NCBI GenBank assembly: GCA_963514005.1
Contig: OY740814.1
Span: forward strand, 18,228,001-18,292,000
Direction: 5' to 3'
Origin: Raja brachyura
Taxonomy: Eukaryota
DNA: 64,000 nt
Positions 62,375-64,000 of this stretch are shown piece by piece. Position numbers and translations under genes: made by a program. The notes beneath the pieces are model-generated. The model saw nothing but the letters and a program-made list of their open reading frames with translations. It was not told where the DNA came from and ran no database searches. Numbering within the stretch: the first letter of the stretch is position 1; every line of letters begins with the position of its first letter.

Positions 62375-63240
62375 GATTCCAATAAGATCTAGACGAACTG
62401 GGCAGGTGGGTCAAGGAATGACAAATGGAATTTAACTTAGACAAATGCAAATTTGCATTTTTGGTCATTAAAACCAGGGAAGGGCTTACACACAAAAATG
62501 GCAGGGCCCTGGAGAGTTTTGTGGAACAGAGACTCCCTGAAAGTAGTGACACGGGTAGACCTGGTGTGGGAGAAGTTTGGCAAACTCTATGCTTCATCAG
62601 TCAGAACATTAAGTACAAGAGTTGAGATGTCATGAGACCATACTTGAGGAATTGTGTTCAGTTCTGGTCACCCCGATATAAGAAGGATTTCATTAAGCTG
62701 GAAAGGATGCAGAATAGATTCACTCGGGACTGGCGGACATGAGTTAAATGGAATGACTGGATAGATAGGGTATTTTTTCCCTGAAGCTGAGCGCTGATCT
62801 TATAGAGGTGTATAAAATAATGAGGGCCCTGGATAAGATCAATAGTCACTATCTTTTTCCAGGGGAGGAAAGTATAAAATTGGAGATTTACGGTGAGATT
62901 TAAAGAGGACCTGAGTGGCAACTTTTTCACACACAATGCAATGGATATGTGGAAAGAGCTGCCAGAGTACACTATTGAGGCAGGTACAATTACAACATTT
63001 AAAATACATTTGGACTGGTACATGGATATAAAAGCCTCATAGGGATATGGGTCTAACATAGATATATGGGGTCTGAAGACGGGTCTCGACCCGAAACGTT
63101 GCCTATCTCCTTCGCTCCTTAGATGCTGCTGCACCCGCTGAGTTTCTCCAGCTTTTTGTGTACCATAGGTATATGGGGATTAGTTCAAATAATCAACTTG
63201 GTCGACATGGCCTGTTTCCATGCATAATAACTCTATGCCT
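62375..63240 (+). mobile_element. CR1 LINE 3' part with a nested Penelope module
   Basis: MEFNLDKC, gaattgtgttcagttctggtcaccc (CVQFWSP), DLIEVYKIM, and a 3' UTR ending cctgtttccatgcataataactctatg. Confidence 0.85.
63072..63163 (+). mobile_element. Short Penelope-derived insertion with 15-bp TSD and hammerhead core
   Basis: TSD catagatatatgggg (63057-63071) and cataggtatatgggg (63164-63178); motif ctgaagacgggtctcgacccgaaacgtt at 63073-63100. Confidence 0.9.
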
Positions 63241-63289
63241 ACATGACTTTCATTAATATGCCTCAATGTGCCCAAGTGCCAAAACCACA

Positions 63290-63690
63290 AGAAGGCACAG
63301 AATGTTGGAGTAGCTCAGCAGATGTAGCTTCAGTCTGAAACATCACCTCCCCATGTTCTCCTGAGATGTTGCCTGATCCGCTGAACGACCCCAGCACTCT
63401 TCTTTTATCAACCAGCATCTGCAGTTCCTTGTTTCTGCATTCTACCAAAACCACAATGTGATTTTATTGTATGAGAAGAGTTTTGCTTTGGATCTCATTT
63501 GCACAATATTATACTGTGAATATTTAAACACAAAGAAAACATGACAGTAAATATTGAAATAATTGGATAATTGATATTTTTGCTAACTGAAAGCAATATT
63601 GAGTTACTCCAGCACTTTGTGTCTTTTTCTGTACTCCAGAGCTGCGGTCTGACCCACTGAATTACTCCAGACTTTGTGTGGTTTTTTTTG
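63290..63690. mobile_element. Further degenerate Penelope terminal-module fragments
   Basis: Fragments at about 63290-63435 (fold-back) and 63600-63690 (two tandem gagttactccagcactttgtgt-like units). Confidence 0.65.
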
Positions 63691-64000
63691 CAATTGAAAA
63701 CATCTTGGTATTAACATGGCCCTTCAGCCTCTCCTGATTGTTGAATTCCTTTGCACTAGGTGTTTTCCAGAGTACCATCGTGGTATCAAGTGTGTCCCAT
63801 GCCTCCACTATCTTCTGGAAACCTATAAACAGATCTCATAAAATATTTACCATTCACATATCGCAAGGTTCAAATATTCAGATGACAAAATGAAAGGAAA
63901 TGAAGTAAATGTTGACTTTCCGTGATACTGTGAAATGCACATTGTCAAATCTGCCACCAATTGCGCATTTCACCTGACTTACATTTCCTTTGAACAAGAA

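Noticed and set aside
13378-63163. The recurrent palindromic repeat as a CRISPR array or prokaryotic system
   Set aside because: Copies are dispersed kilobases apart in both orientations with TSDs, there are no regular spacers or cas genes, and the DNA is spliced vertebrate sequence.
79-63454. Most short ORFs in the supplied track as genes
   Set aside because: They are TE fragments, antisense shadows of TE ORFs, or random ORFs in AT-rich intron sequence. None matches a recognisable cellular protein.

Overview
Vertebrate (eukaryotic) genomic DNA, AT-rich and rich in transposable elements. The repeat content (CR1/HER1-like LINEs, V-SINEs, Deu-SINE-like relics, Penelope-like elements, Rex-Babar, Tc1) points to a cartilaginous fish, probably a skate or ray; this is an inference. 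The window holds the last five coding exons of MAP2K5 (MEK5) on the + strand: 9720-9746, 10067-10099, 17376-17437, 22424-22469 and 53006-53110. They splice in frame to IQKNQGSLM-PLQLLQCIVDE-DPPVLPVGEFSESFVHFITQC-MRKLPTERPAPEELM-VHPFVVHYNDKNAEVVSMWVCRMLEERRSQQGIQ*. None of these exons appears in the supplied ORF track, whose entries are TE remnants or spurious. The introns alternate between TE clusters and TE-free blocks that look like conserved non-coding elements; in other vertebrates SKOR1 lies just downstream of MAP2K5. The most notable signal is about 15 dispersed copies of a Penelope-associated terminal module carrying a minimal hammerhead-ribozyme motif (CTGAAGA-stem II-GAAACGTC). Several copies are short stand-alone insertions with 15-18 bp target-site duplications, several are fold-back inverted pairs, and one pair shares a possible 3' transduction. 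Repeat family names come from recalled motifs rather than database searches, and TE boundaries are approximate unless a TSD or TIR is cited.
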